DNA from: Trueperaceae bacterium
GTDB taxonomy: Bacteria > Deinococcota > Deinococci > Deinococcales > Trueperaceae
Reading direction: 5' to 3'
DNA length: 64,000 bases
NCBI GenBank assembly: GCA_965215565.1
Contig: CBDCDZ010000004.1
Location: 2,816,001 to 2,880,000, forward strand
Below, one piece after another: positions 31,812 through 41,816 of the stretch. The notes under the pieces are model-generated. The model was not told the DNA's origin and ran no database searches. It saw only the letters and a list, made by a program, of their open reading frames with translations. Each line of letters opens with the position of its first letter. Within the stretch, counting starts at the first letter, position 1. A program made the translations under genes and the position numbers.

Positions 31812-32189
31812 CTAAACGTCTGTCGGGTTGTCGTATGAAGCGTCGGGCGGCGTCTTGTCCCCGAGACTACCGGACGAAGAGGTCTCTGCCAACTTGACGC
31901 CTTCCGCGCGCCGCTCCACGGACAGCATTAGGTTCGCCGCGAGTGCGGCGATTGCGCCGACGCCCGCCCACACGGGTAAAAGCAGCGCACCGACGACGCC
32001 CACCGTCAGCGGGATTTTGATGAGCGTTTTACCCTCGTCGTTCTTGAGGGTGATGCGGCGCACGTTGCCCTCGCGTAAAAGCTCGCGCATCTTGGTGGTG
32101 ACTGTCTCGCCGCTCACGCGGAACTCTTCGGCGACGGTCCTCTCATCTGTGCTTTGGCTTGCCTCATAGTAGCTGCTGTTCTCGTCCAT
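31812..32189 (-). CDS. DUF4342 domain protein
   Basis: ELLREGNVRRITLKNDEGKTLIKIPLTVG. Confidence 0.8.
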   Translation of the reverse strand: MDENSSYYEASQSTDERTVAEEFRVSGETVTTKMRELLREGNVRRITLKNDEGKTLIKIPLTVGVVGALLLPVWAGVGAIAALAANLMLSVERRAEGVKLAETSSSGSLGDKTPPDASYDNPTDV

Positions 32190-32277
32190 GCCAATCCTCC
32201 TTTATTTCCCGGAGTATAGACCTGGAGTGGAGGAGGTGTCATCACACTAAAGGTGGAGGATGAACGAAGAGAAAAAG

Positions 32278-32315
32278 AAATAAGGACTGAGTTCTCTTCA
32301 CTCAGTCCTTATTTC
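32278..32315. terminator. hairpin terminator
   Basis: AAATAAGGACTGAGT...ACTCAGTCCTTATTT. Confidence 0.7.
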
Positions 32316-32324
32316 TTAATCCTT

Positions 32325-33347
32325 TTAAGCGTTCTGAAGTTGTTCAGCGACTGCGTCTTTCACCGCTTCGTAGAGGTATGCCCGGTCCTTCGCCGGGGCG
32401 CGCGCCGCTACTACATTGTCGTCGCCGAAGCGTTGCAGGGCGAGCACGCTCGTTTCCGAGGCGATGAGGAGTTCTTGCAACTTGCCGCCTGCGGGCTCGC
32501 TGTAGCTCGAGAAGAGCGCCTTGACCTCGCCGAAGAGCGCGTCTGAGTCGCCGTAGCCCTGGCTGGGGCTGCCGCCCATCAAGTAGCCTGTCGTTACGGC
32601 GCTCACGCTCGGGCAGGCGTCGCGCACGGCGTCGATGAGGTCCTGGTAGCGCCGCTGCTCGTCGGCTAAGCGGGCGGCTTCAGTCATCGCAGTGGTCACG
32701 GGTAGATTGATCGTCGGGCGCGGCGGTGGCGTGAAGGGCTGTACCTGAAACTCGGCGTTCTCCAAGATGAGGACGAGCGCGAGCGCAGGCAGTCCGCTCA
32801 GCGCGCTTTGCCCCTGTTTCGCTTCGGCGTGCGCCAAGATACCGTTGTTGACGTAAACGTGCGCGGTGTCGTCACCAAAGGAGAGGAGAGCGCTCTGCTT
32901 GGCGATGCCCATCATCTCTAAGATGTCGGCGATGGCGACGAGTGAGGTGTTGCCCGAGAGCATGGAGGTGGTGAAGCGCTTGTCGGGTTGCGCCGCGTTG
33001 GGTGTACTCAGCGCGCTTTGACCGGGTTTGGGAAGCTGATCGGGCTTGAGGGGATAGTCCAGCACCGCGCTAGGCTGCTCGCCGCGCAGCTTGCCGTCGC
33101 TCCCCGGTGCGCGAACGAGGTAGAAGGGCACGCCCTCGGCTAAGCGCTTGGTCCAGGCCAAAAAGCCCGACGCGCTCGCGCCGCGCAGGTCCTCGTCGCA
33201 GAAAACAGCGTCGTAGAGCTTGGTGCGCAGGTTCTCCACGGCGGCTTTGGGGTCTTGCGCGACGTCGAGCTGCCAGTCAGTCGCCTCGAGCGCCTTTTGA
33301 ATATGAGTGAGACGACCATACGTCGTCGCGATAACAAGTGCCTGCAC
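32325..33347 (-). CDS. receiver-like + DUF4388 (PatA-like) protein
   Basis: N-terminal YDAVFCD receiver-like region; LSGNTSLVAIADILEM...EAARLADE DUF4388-like region. Confidence 0.7.
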   Translation of the reverse strand: MQALVIATTYGRLTHIQKALEATDWQLDVAQDPKAAVENLRTKLYDAVFCDEDLRGASASGFLAWTKRLAEGVPFYLVRAPGSDGKLRGEQPSAVLDYPLKPDQLPKPGQSALSTPNAAQPDKRFTTSMLSGNTSLVAIADILEMMGIAKQSALLSFGDDTAHVYVNNGILAHAEAKQGQSALSGLPALALVLILENAEFQVQPFTPPPRPTINLPVTTAMTEAARLADEQRRYQDLIDAVRDACPSVSAVTTGYLMGGSPSQGYGDSDALFGEVKALFSSYSEPAGGKLQELLIASETSVLALQRFGDDNVVAARAPAKDRAYLYEAVKDAVAEQLQNA

Positions 33348-33399
33348 GAAAAATTCCTCCGAAGATATTGCGCGAAAATACGCAAAAATCTCATCTATT

Positions 33400-33510
33400 T
33401 AGCAGTTCCACGACACACTGAGACAGTTGAACGCAGGTATCATCTCTTAAAGTGCGTGCTAAACAGCGTTTCACAAAGTGAGAGTGTCTCTGACCAGATG
33501 ATACCTGCTA
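33400..33510 (+). mobile_element. 111-bp MITE-like element, copy D (reference, no inserts)
   Basis: TAGCAGTTCCACGACACACTGAGACAG...GCAGGTATCATC...GTGCGTGCTA...CTCTGACCAGATGATACCTGCTA. Confidence 0.85.
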
Positions 33511-33558
33511 ATTGTAGAGGAGGGATTCGAGAAATGACGTGGGATTCTAGGCTTTTAT

Positions 33559-33734
33559 TTGCAGGTATCATCTGGTCGCGAGCGCTCTCACCGAAGAGAG
33601 CGTCTTCTAGCACGCACACTGAAGATGAAATTCCGCTCTCAGGCGAAGCCGTCCCGCTAGGCTTCGCCTGAGAGTGGGATGGTTCTTCGTCTGAGACTTG
33701 CGACACTTTATCTCAGTTATGTCGTGGTGCTGTG
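33559..33734 (-). mobile_element. MITE-like element, copy E (reverse, about 65 nt of inserts)
   Basis: the reverse complement carries ACGACATAACTGAGA, GTGCGTGCTA and ACCAGATGATACCTGC. Confidence 0.8.
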
Positions 33735-33736
33735 TG

Positions 33737-33847
33737 TAGCAGTTCCACGACATACTGAGACAGTTGAGCGCAGATATCATCCCCCGAAGTGTGTGCTAGA
33801 CTGTTCATTTCTCGCTAAGGGTATCTCTGACCAGATGATACCTGCTA
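33737..33847 (+). mobile_element. 111-bp MITE-like element, copy F
   Basis: same blocks and length as D, with a different 26-nt centre. Confidence 0.85.
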
Positions 33848-33922
33848 ATGAAAGCGAGAAGATATGTTTTTTCACGCTTGTTCACAATGCGAAAGCGTGT
33901 CAGGCTACGCCTGGAGGTGATG

Positions 33923-34171
33923 ATGAAAAAGCGTAGTGGGGATAATGAACACTACAAGAGGTGGCGCTTGCTCGCCCCGCTCGGGCTGGGCACGGTGGGT
34001 TTTGGCGCGAGTTTACTGGGTTACGCCGTCGAACTCAGGACGAGGCGGGCGGGCTTTACTACCTGGTTTGCGTGGGGCACGGTGAGTTTAGTCGTCCTCA
34101 ACTCGGGGCTGGCGCTGTTCGGCGAAGCGGTGAAACACCGCGTTCTTCTGGATTTGGAAGAATCAGACTAA
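33923..34171 (+). CDS. small membrane protein
   Basis: GGAGG RBS; two TM helices; WFAWGT..LNSGLALFGEAVKHR. Confidence 0.7.
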   Translation: MKKRSGDNEHYKRWRLLAPLGLGTVGFGASLLGYAVELRTRRAGFTTWFAWGTVSLVVLNSGLALFGEAVKHRVLLDLEESD

Positions 34172-34227
34172 GTTCGTCATCGACCCTTTTTACACTGCAC
34201 CGCGCCACTTGTTACAATGACGCTACT

Positions 34228-35121
34228 TTGCCCCAGGTCATTGCAGTCATCTCGGATATCCACGCGAACCTCCAGGCGTTAGAGGCGGTTCTGGAGGATA
34301 TCGACTCGCTAGGGATAGAAGAGGTCATCGTCAACGGCGACGTCGTGAACCGGGGACCGAACAACGTGGCGGTATTGGAGCGCATCTTGGCGCTAGGCTA
34401 CCCTATGACCCTCGGCAACCACGACGACTTGGTGCGCAAGTGGATAGACCGAGATGAGAGCTTGCCCGCCGTCTGGTTCGACGACCCCTTTTGGGAGGGG
34501 ACCGCGTGGTCAGCGCGGCAGCTTGACGAGGCGGGGCTCATAAGCGTCTTCCGGGACTTGCCGATGACGCACAAGGTTGAGAAGGGCGACGCGCCGAGCC
34601 TGCTCATCTCGCACGGCAGTCCGCGCCACTACCGCGAGGGTTACGGCAAGTTCTTGAGCGACGAAGACATCGCTGAGATCGTGCAGCACCACCCCGCCGA
34701 CGCGCTGATCGGCTCACATACACACCGTCAGATGGAGCGTCACTGGGGAGCGTACACGGTGCTCAATACGGGGGCAGTCGGCACGCCGTTTAACGGCGAT
34801 CCTAGAGCCCAATACCTCATCATGCGTTTGCACGGTGAGGGACGAGGGGTCTGGACGCCCGAATTTCGGGCGGTGCGCTATGACAGAGGGGCGGCGCTAC
34901 GTGACTTCGAAACGTCTGGCTACTTAGAAGAGGGAGGGCTCAGCGCCCGCATCTTCTTTGAAGAATTGCGCACGGCGCGGGCTATTTACTCTACCTTTTG
35001 GATGTGGTCGGAGCAGCAGGGGAGGACGAAGGACTGGGCGAGTTGGCACGCCTTTCGCGAAGCGTACGCGGACAAGTTCACCTTGGCGAAAATGAGCGAG
35101 CCTGCGCCGAGTTCGGACTGA
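34228..35121 (+). CDS. metallophosphoesterase
   Basis: SDIHAN, GDVV, GNHD, SHT H motifs; TTG start inferred. Confidence 0.9.
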   Translation: MPQVIAVISDIHANLQALEAVLEDIDSLGIEEVIVNGDVVNRGPNNVAVLERILALGYPMTLGNHDDLVRKWIDRDESLPAVWFDDPFWEGTAWSARQLDEAGLISVFRDLPMTHKVEKGDAPSLLISHGSPRHYREGYGKFLSDEDIAEIVQHHPADALIGSHTHRQMERHWGAYTVLNTGAVGTPFNGDPRAQYLIMRLHGEGRGVWTPEFRAVRYDRGAALRDFETSGYLEEGGLSARIFFEELRTARAIYSTFWMWSEQQGRTKDWASWHAFREAYADKFTLAKMSEPAPSSD

Positions 35122-35292
35122 ACGCATCCTTCGCTCGAGCCCACCCCTTCACGTTCTTTGTCCCTTCACACTTCTCGGGTGACGCACCGGCGAGTGACAA
35201 ACTTCACACGAAACTTGCTAAAATTACCCTGTGCATGTCGTCTACCATTTATCTACCAACCTAAGAGTATGGACAAACCGAGAGGTGAAAAG

Positions 35293-37266
35293 ATGTCGTC
35301 TTCGGCGTTAGGACAGAGGGGCGAGGCGCAGACGAAGTCTCAAGCTCGAGTAGTGTGGTGGAGTATCGCACTAGAGATTCTTTACGGCGGGCTCTTCGCC
35401 GCAGTCGTCATCGCGATAGACCCTTGGGGCGGCGCGAATAGGGGACCTATTTGGACGCGCCCCAAGGTCTTTATGGTCATCTTTCTCACGCTGATCACCT
35501 GGGGCTACCTCCTCTACAGGTGGCTTTTGCCCGGCGAAGCCGAACCGGAGGGCGAGGACGAGAGGCAGAGGATGCTCGGGTGGCAGATCGCGTTCGCTAC
35601 TGTGCTCACCCTTATCGGCTGGGTCTACTTGCTCCTGAGCCGGTTCATTCCAGGTTCATTCAGCCCGGAGCTAATCGGCGACAATAAGCTCTTCGTCGCC
35701 GCTATCGTCACGGTATTCGCTTGGGGCGTCGTGCTCTTTTCTTGGCTCGCGAGGGCGAGAGAGGTACCTGGCTGGACGGACGCCCAGCACGAGACCTCCT
35801 TCGTCACTATCTTCACCACCTTAGTTTGGGGCTACTTGCTCGCCGCGCCCTACTTGTCGGGTGCGCTCAATCTGGAGCCCACGCGCAATCAGCTCTTCGT
35901 CGCCCTCATGTTCACGCTGCTCGCTTGGGGCGTGGTGCTGCTCCGCTGGCTTATGGCGGCGAGAGAGATGCCCGAAAGGGCGGAGAAGGGAGCGGGCTCG
36001 GCGTCAGTGACGTCGCGCTCCGCGTGGCGCGGCTCGCTCATCTTGTGGATGGTCTACTTAGCGCTAGGGCTACTCTCTGTCTACCTCAGCCCGTCGCCTA
36101 CGAGCGCCCTGCGCGCCCAGGTCGAGATGGGCGACGGCTGGTACTACTGGGCGATCGTCGGCGCGTTCACGCTCGGCAACATCTTGCTGCTGAGCCTTAA
36201 CCCAAGGCTCTTCAAGGTGCAGCTCTACGGCGTTTTGCTGGGCTCCTTCATTCTCGCGCTGAGCCTGGTGCCGCAAGCCTTCGACTGGACGATAGACTAC
36301 ACGGCAACTTCGGGTGAGCGTGCGTACGCGAACAAATTGCGGAGCGGCGCTTTCATCACGTGGATGCCCATCGGTCTCTACTCGCACCGGGGACACGCTG
36401 CGGTGGTTCTAGCCTTTGCGGGCGTGCTGGCGCTGCTGAGTTTGTTGAGAGGTTGGCTCAGACCTGCGCTCTTCTGGCCCCTCTTCGTCGTGCTCGTTGG
36501 CGGGGTCTACCTCACCTCGTCGCGCGGACCGCAGTTCGCTTTTATCGTCGGGCTCCTCTACCTCCTGGCGCGCTTTCCGCTGGCGCGTTTCTGGCGCAGG
36601 TCTTCGGGGCAGGTCAGGGCGCTGCTCGCCCTGATGATCCCCGTCGTATTAGGTAGTGCGTTCCTCCTCGTCCTAACGGCTGGCGGCGGAATGAGGAGGA
36701 TGCCCTCGTTAGACGGTAACTGGGACGACATCTCTTCAGGGCGCACCTATCTGTGGCGCACCGGCTACGCAGGCGTCAAAGAGCGTCCCCTCTTCGGCTG
36801 GGGTTTCAACGGCTTCGGGCTCTCTTGGCCGTTCGTCGCAGATTGGGAGGACCCCTACCGCTACGGTTTAATCGAGCGTCTATCGGAGAACGTGCCCGTG
36901 CAAGAGGTACTAGAGGTCAACAACTACAACTTCACCTATATCGGTACGGACGGCGAGCGGCGCGTCGGTCGGGCGTTCACCAACAAAGCCCACAACCTCT
37001 TTCTGGACACGATTTTGTCGGTAGGAATAGTCGGGTTCGCCGCCTATCTGCTGCTCATCGGCTACTTCATCTACCTGACCGGAAACGGTCCGGGACGGGG
37101 GCTCGAGGTAGTCGCCCTGGTCCACCTCGTTTACTGCTTGGCTTGGTTTGATACTGCACAATTTAGTCACCTAGTGTGGTGGTCACTAAGCGCCGGCGTC
37201 GCTCTGGCTACCACTCAGCAGGTGCGTAGCCGCAGCACCGCGCCGAGTGATACAAATTCCGGTTGA
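35293..37266 (+). CDS. O-antigen ligase family (Wzy_C) membrane protein, possible O-oligosaccharyltransferase
   Basis: many TM helices, TSSRG, SSGRTYLW, PLFGWG, KAHNLFLD. Confidence 0.8.
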   Translation: MSSSALGQRGEAQTKSQARVVWWSIALEILYGGLFAAVVIAIDPWGGANRGPIWTRPKVFMVIFLTLITWGYLLYRWLLPGEAEPEGEDERQRMLGWQIAFATVLTLIGWVYLLLSRFIPGSFSPELIGDNKLFVAAIVTVFAWGVVLFSWLARAREVPGWTDAQHETSFVTIFTTLVWGYLLAAPYLSGALNLEPTRNQLFVALMFTLLAWGVVLLRWLMAAREMPERAEKGAGSASVTSRSAWRGSLILWMVYLALGLLSVYLSPSPTSALRAQVEMGDGWYYWAIVGAFTLGNILLLSLNPRLFKVQLYGVLLGSFILALSLVPQAFDWTIDYTATSGERAYANKLRSGAFITWMPIGLYSHRGHAAVVLAFAGVLALLSLLRGWLRPALFWPLFVVLVGGVYLTSSRGPQFAFIVGLLYLLARFPLARFWRRSSGQVRALLALMIPVVLGSAFLLVLTAGGGMRRMPSLDGNWDDISSGRTYLWRTGYAGVKERPLFGWGFNGFGLSWPFVADWEDPYRYGLIERLSENVPVQEVLEVNNYNFTYIGTDGERRVGRAFTNKAHNLFLDTILSVGIVGFAAYLLLIGYFIYLTGNGPGRGLEVVALVHLVYCLAWFDTAQFSHLVWWSLSAGVALATTQQVRSRSTAPSDTNSG

Positions 37267-37564
37267 TTACTTCATAAACTCCTTCGTCGTTTATTCCGTT
37301 ATCACCGGAATCCGTACTTGTTTCTACTCGCTGGAGAGTCCTCAACTGGGCGTATCATGCCGCTATAAATACCCGCCGCGTTCATTTGAAGATGCTACCT
37401 CCAGTTGAAGACTCTTTGCTCGGGATTAAACACGCGATAAAGTCGCGTGTTTAACCGGAAAGGGTATGAAGCGCCGCAGGTCACGCAGCCCCAAAGTAGA
37501 TAAAAGAGAAAAAGCCGGAGTGCTTAGCTCCAGCTTCCCTCTTTTTAAGAGTATCCAACAGTGT

Positions 37565-37747
37565 CTAGCCGCCGCCCGTCATCATACCGCCCGTCATCAT
37601 ACCGCCCGTCATCATACCGCCCGTCATGTCGCCGCCCGTCATGTCGCCGCCCGTCATCACGCCGCCTGTGTCCTGCGCAAAAGCGAAAACTGCGAGAACA
37701 GTGACGATCAGAATAGAAAGACCGGAGATGCTCAATGTCTTTTTCAT
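37565..37747 (-). CDS. secreted peptide made of TGGxM repeats
   Basis: AGGAG RBS, signal peptide ending AFA-Q, seven TGG units encoded by a 15-bp tandem repeat. Confidence 0.75.
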   Translation of the reverse strand: MKKTLSISGLSILIVTVLAVFAFAQDTGGVMTGGDMTGGDMTGGMMTGGMMTGGMMTGGG

Positions 37748-37941
37748 GGATTCTCCTTTCTGTTGGCTCTACACTATACGGACTCGTACGTAAGTAAAAA
37801 ATTACACTCGGTCCATATGGATAGGAGTATAGAAGCTACAACATGAGGTTACAAGAGGATTTTGATGAGATGAAAATGTGGTCAAGTTAAAGGCGCTGTT
37901 CATTTATGACTATTTGTCTATAGACCTGTAGGGCATACGAA

Positions 37942-37970
37942 AAAGCCTTCCTCGAGCCGAGGAAGGCTTT
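37942..37970 (-). terminator. intrinsic terminator
   Basis: AAAGCCTTCCTCG-AGC-CGAGGAAGGCTTT. Confidence 0.7.
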
Positions 37971-38169
37971 CTTATGTTAATTGAACTTAGAACGATTAGG
38001 CTGTGCTGACACTTGCCCTTTAAGAAAATCACTCATCGTCCCTACAAGGTAAACCTACGTACTTTATAGTCTTCTTATACCTTGCTTCTTGATTCCTACT
38101 CTTTGCTTTTTACTTTTTGCGTGCAGCAAGGCAAACCTTATAGAAGACAGTTCGAAAAGTCAACAGAGC

Positions 38170-38661
38170 CTAGTTGCCGCCCGTCATACTACCGCCTGTC
38201 ATACCGCCCGTCTCACTGGAGAGAAGTTGTCCGGCGTTGAGTAAAACCGTGCCGAGGTCCACGAGTTGCGCGACTTGGTCCCCTTCGGCTTGATCGGCGG
38301 CGTCGATAGTCCCTTCGCCGATAGAGGTGAGCAGGCGGCTGACCTCCCCTTGATCTATCGTCTCGGCGGAGAGCGCGCTCTGCAATTCTCCTAACTGATC
38401 GGCTAACGTGTTGAGCGCAGGATTGGACGCGCTGCTCAACGTGTTGCGCCAGCTCTCGATATTGCTCGAGGCGTTTTCTAAAGCGATGTCGGTGAGACCA
38501 CCCTCGAGGAGCGCCGTCGTCTCCGTCACCGACGGGGCGCTGCTATCCCCCGTCATGCCACCTGTCATACCGCCCGTCATGCTACCACCCGTCATCGTAC
38601 CGCCTGTTTGAGCAAAGGCGAGGCAGGTTAATAGAGCCAAAGTTATCGTTAGTATTTTCAT
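38170..38661 (-). CDS. secreted TGG-tagged helical protein (paralogue 1)
   Basis: signal peptide AFA-Q, TGGxM repeats at both ends, helical core shared with 38942-39466. Confidence 0.8.
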   Translation of the reverse strand: MKILTITLALLTCLAFAQTGGTMTGGSMTGGMTGGMTGDSSAPSVTETTALLEGGLTDIALENASSNIESWRNTLSSASNPALNTLADQLGELQSALSAETIDQGEVSRLLTSIGEGTIDAADQAEGDQVAQLVDLGTVLLNAGQLLSSETGGMTGGSMTGGN

Positions 38662-38682
38662 CTTTTCTCCTTTTCGGTGCTT

Positions 38683-38859
38683 TAGCAGGTCTCAGCCTTT
38701 CTTAGGCGAAGCCTAGCGGATTGGCTAGCTGGACCTCATCTAGTCTGAAACACTCTCACTGTAGAAAACGTTGATGAGTGCCCACTTTTGGAGATGAAGA
38801 CCAACCAAACCTCGTCTGAGAACTGCGGTAATCTGTCTCAGTGTGTTCTGGAACTGCTA
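38683..38859 (-). mobile_element. MITE-like element, copy G (reverse, 66 nt of inserts)
   Basis: the reverse complement begins TAGCAGTTCCAGAACACACTGAGACAG and ends CTGAGACCTGCTA. Confidence 0.8.
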
Positions 38860-38941
38860 CTTAGTGAGGTGAGCCCGATCAAATTTTGAGGACCGGACCC
38901 TCTTGTTCTCATTCCTGAATTGTGGCCTAAGTTGTGGCGCG

Positions 38942-39466
38942 CTAGTTGCCGCCCGTCATACCGCCCGTCGCGCCGCCCGTGACCGTGACGTCCTCGACGT
39001 CGATGTTCGAGAGGCTCGTGCCCGCGTCCGAGAGGAGCGTACCGAGGCTCGCGAGCTGCGCAGCTTCGTCGCCCTGCGCGCCCTCGGCTGCCGCGCTCGT
39101 TCTGCCGCCGAGTTCGGTGAGGAGCAAGCCTACCGAGGTTTGATCGATAGATTCGGTTTGTAGAGTCGCTTTGAGTTCTGCGAGCTGCTCAGCAATCGCG
39201 AGGAGCGCAGGGTCACCCGTACTCTCTAGTCGCATCTGCCATCCCTCAATATTGCTTATCGCTTGTTCGGCGGGTAAGTTCGTGAGACCACCCTCTAACG
39301 CCTCAATCGTGCCGCTAACCGTGGGTGATTCGTCGGTCATCCCGCCCGTCATCATGCCGCCCGTAGCCATGCCCCCTGTCATCGTGCCGCCCGTATCCTG
39401 CGCAAAGGCAGCGCCCATGAATAGTCCTAGAATAAACCCTGAAGTAAGTACGTGAATGAGTTTCAT
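38942..39466 (-). CDS. secreted TGG-tagged helical protein (paralogue 2)
   Basis: GGAGGAG RBS, signal peptide AFA-QD, LEGGLT..A.SNIE.W...L core. Confidence 0.8.
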   Translation of the reverse strand: MKLIHVLTSGFILGLFMGAAFAQDTGGTMTGGMATGGMMTGGMTDESPTVSGTIEALEGGLTNLPAEQAISNIEGWQMRLESTGDPALLAIAEQLAELKATLQTESIDQTSVGLLLTELGGRTSAAAEGAQGDEAAQLASLGTLLSDAGTSLSNIDVEDVTVTGGATGGMTGGN

Positions 39467-39759
39467 CTGCTCTCCTCCTGAAGTGTGAGATGTTGTGGAG
39501 CAACGCCCCCAGTTTTTTATCTGCTCACTTATCCTACACCAAGTGTTAAGTTTTTCACTCGGGCTAACGCCATCATAGAGATGTTCTCGTTGGAAAACTT
39601 GGAAAAGGCTTACAGAGCGTAGGAATCGCTTCGGGTTCGAGAGTACAAACGTTCAGTACTTGCGGAATGGGGTCAATTAGGAGCCTAAGCGCTGACGGGC
39701 ACCGTAGGGTTCGAGCCCCGCGCATCTACTGTAGGAAAACAAAAGAGAACATCTATAAA

Positions 39760-39843
39760 CTTGATATAACTAGACTCACATCTATTGACAAGGTTGAGTA
39801 ATGTTGTTATACTTTCAACAAGATTGAGTGTCTTGCACTTAGA
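39760..39843 (+). promoter_or_regulatory. dnaK promoter flanked by two HAIR (HspR) boxes
   Basis: TTGACA(39785)-17 bp-TATACT(39808); CTTGATA-N7-ACTCACA (39760-39780) and ATTGAGT-N7-ACTTAGA (39823-39843) versus the consensus CTTGAGT-N7-ACTCAAG. Confidence 0.75.
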
Positions 39844-39926
39844 TATTCTCCAGAATATTTGAGCATATCTTTGTCTTTATGATTGCAAGGCAGACTAAAG
39901 ACCCCAGAGATATATAAGGAGAAGAC

Positions 39927-41813
39927 ATGGCAAAGGCAGTAGGCATAGACTTAGGCACGACCAATAGCGTCATCGCTGTGATGGAAGGTGGCGAGCCCAC
40001 CGTATTGGTCAACAGCGAGGGCAACCGCACGACGCCGTCCGTCGTAGCGTTCAAGGACGAACAGCGCCTCGTCGGGCAGGTGGCGAAGCGCCAAGCGGTC
40101 CTCAACGCGCAGGGCACTCTGTTCGAAGTGAAGCGCTACATGGGACGCACTTGGGATGAAGTCAAAGAGGAAGCGGAGCGCTCCCCCTACGAAGTGGTGC
40201 GCGGCGACGATGGCGGCGTTCGCTTTGTCGTCGGCAGCAAGAAGTACACGCCCGAAGAGGTCTCCGCGATGGTCTTGCAGAAGCTCGTCGAGGACGCCTC
40301 CTCGACGTTAGGCGAGAAGATTACCAAAGCGGTCATCACCGTGCCCGCGTACTTCAACAACTCGCAGCGTGAAGCGACGCAGAACGCGGGCAAAATTGCG
40401 GGCTTAGAGGTGCTGCGCATCGTCAACGAGCCCACCGCAGCAGCGCTCGCGTACGGTTTAGAGAAGAAGGGCAACGAGACGGTCCTAGTCTTCGACTTGG
40501 GCGGTGGCACCTTTGATGTGTCGGTCTTGGAAGTCGGCGACGGCGTCTTCGAAGTGCGCTCGACCTCGGGCGACACGCACTTGGGCGGTTCGGACTTTGA
40601 CTACGCTGTCGTGAATTGGCTCGCCGAAGACTTCAAAAAGGAATACAACGTCGATCTGCGTAAGGACAAGCAAGCGCTCCAGCGTCTCATCGAAGCGGCG
40701 GAGAAAGCGAAGATCGAGCTTTCGGGCATCCCCGAAACGACGATCAGCTTGCCCTTCATCGCGATGGACCCGGCGTCGAACGCGCCCTTGTACTTAGAGA
40801 AGAAGCTCTCACGCAGCAAGTTTGAAGAACTCATCTCACCGCTTTTAGACCGCGTCCGTGGACCCGTCGAAGCGGCGCTCAAAGACGCGAAGCTCTCGAA
40901 GAGTGACATCGACGAGGTGATCTTAGTGGGGGGCTCGAGTCGCGTGCCCGCCGTTAAGAAGATCGTCCAGGACATGCTCGGTAAAGCGCCCAACCAGTCG
41001 GTCAACCCCGACGAAGTTGTGGCACTCGGTGCCGCCGTGCAAGCGGGCGTTTTAACGGGCGACGTAGACGACATCGTCCTCTTGGACGTGACTCCGCTCT
41101 CCTTGGGCGTCGAGACCAAAGGCGGCGTCTTCACAAAGCTCGTCGAGCGCAACACCGCCATCCCGGTGCGCAAATCCGAGACGTTTACGACTGCTGAGAA
41201 CAACCAGACGGGCGTTGAGGTGCACGTCCTCCAGGGTGAACGTTCGATGGCGAACGACAACAAGTCGTTGGGACGCTTTAAGCTTGACGGCATCCCTCCA
41301 ATGATGGCGGGTATGCCCCAAGTTGAAATCTCTTATGATATCGACGCGAACGGCATCTTGAACGTCACCGCGAAGGAGAAGTCCACCGGCAAGGAGGCGT
41401 CCATCACCATCCAGAACACCACGACGCTCGCCGAGGATGAGGTCGAGCGCATGGTCCAAGACGCGCAAGCCAACGCCGAGAAAGACCGCGAAGCCCGTGA
41501 GCACATCGAAGCGAAGAACGCACTCGACTCGCTCCGCGCGCAGGCGCAAAAAGTCGTGGACGAAGCGGAAAGCGCCTCGGACGAGGACAAACAGCCCGTC
41601 AAACGCACGATTGCCGAAGCGCAGAGTGCCATCGAGAGCGACGCGCCTAAAAGCCGCTTAGAAGAGATCGGTCAAGAGTTAGCGGAGAAGCTCGCCGCGT
41701 TTCAGCAGGCGAACGCGCCGCAAGAGCCCCAGGACGGCGAACAAGGCGGACAAGACGCGCCGCCCCAAGATGACGAAGACGTCGTCGATGCCGACTTCAA
41801 ACCCGCAGGATAA
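39927..41813 (+). CDS. dnaK: chaperone DnaK
   Basis: [24 protein letters not shown]. Confidence 0.99.
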   Translation: MAKAVGIDLGTTNSVIAVMEGGEPTVLVNSEGNRTTPSVVAFKDEQRLVGQVAKRQAVLNAQGTLFEVKRYMGRTWDEVKEEAERSPYEVVRGDDGGVRFVVGSKKYTPEEVSAMVLQKLVEDASSTLGEKITKAVITVPAYFNNSQREATQNAGKIAGLEVLRIVNEPTAAALAYGLEKKGNETVLVFDLGGGTFDVSVLEVGDGVFEVRSTSGDTHLGGSDFDYAVVNWLAEDFKKEYNVDLRKDKQALQRLIEAAEKAKIELSGIPETTISLPFIAMDPASNAPLYLEKKLSRSKFEELISPLLDRVRGPVEAALKDAKLSKSDIDEVILVGGSSRVPAVKKIVQDMLGKAPNQSVNPDEVVALGAAVQAGVLTGDVDDIVLLDVTPLSLGVETKGGVFTKLVERNTAIPVRKSETFTTAENNQTGVEVHVLQGERSMANDNKSLGRFKLDGIPPMMAGMPQVEISYDIDANGILNVTAKEKSTGKEASITIQNTTTLAEDEVERMVQDAQANAEKDREAREHIEAKNALDSLRAQAQKVVDEAESASDEDKQPVKRTIAEAQSAIESDAPKSRLEEIGQELAEKLAAFQQANAPQEPQDGEQGGQDAPPQDDEDVVDADFKPAG

Positions 41814-41816
41814 GCG

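Noticed and set aside
33400..33847. CRISPR array
   Set aside because: Repeats are over 100 bp, alternate in orientation and are dispersed; there is no regular repeat-spacer period and no cas gene.
33440..33936. ORFs containing AVPRHTET (also at 62353, 62656) and ORFs at 21401 and 21615
   Set aside because: These are translations of the non-coding repeat; frames and lengths are not conserved between copies.
37466..37846. Plus-strand ORF with ARHHT repeats
   Set aside because: Antisense shadow of the TGGxM peptide gene, which has the RBS and signal peptide.
39660..39725. tRNA (GGGTTCGAGCCC T-arm-like motif)
   Set aside because: No acceptor stem, D-arm or anticodon arm could be built.
40601..41293. 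Long antisense ORFs within dnaK and other core genes
   Set aside because: Typical shadow ORFs of high-GC coding sequence.
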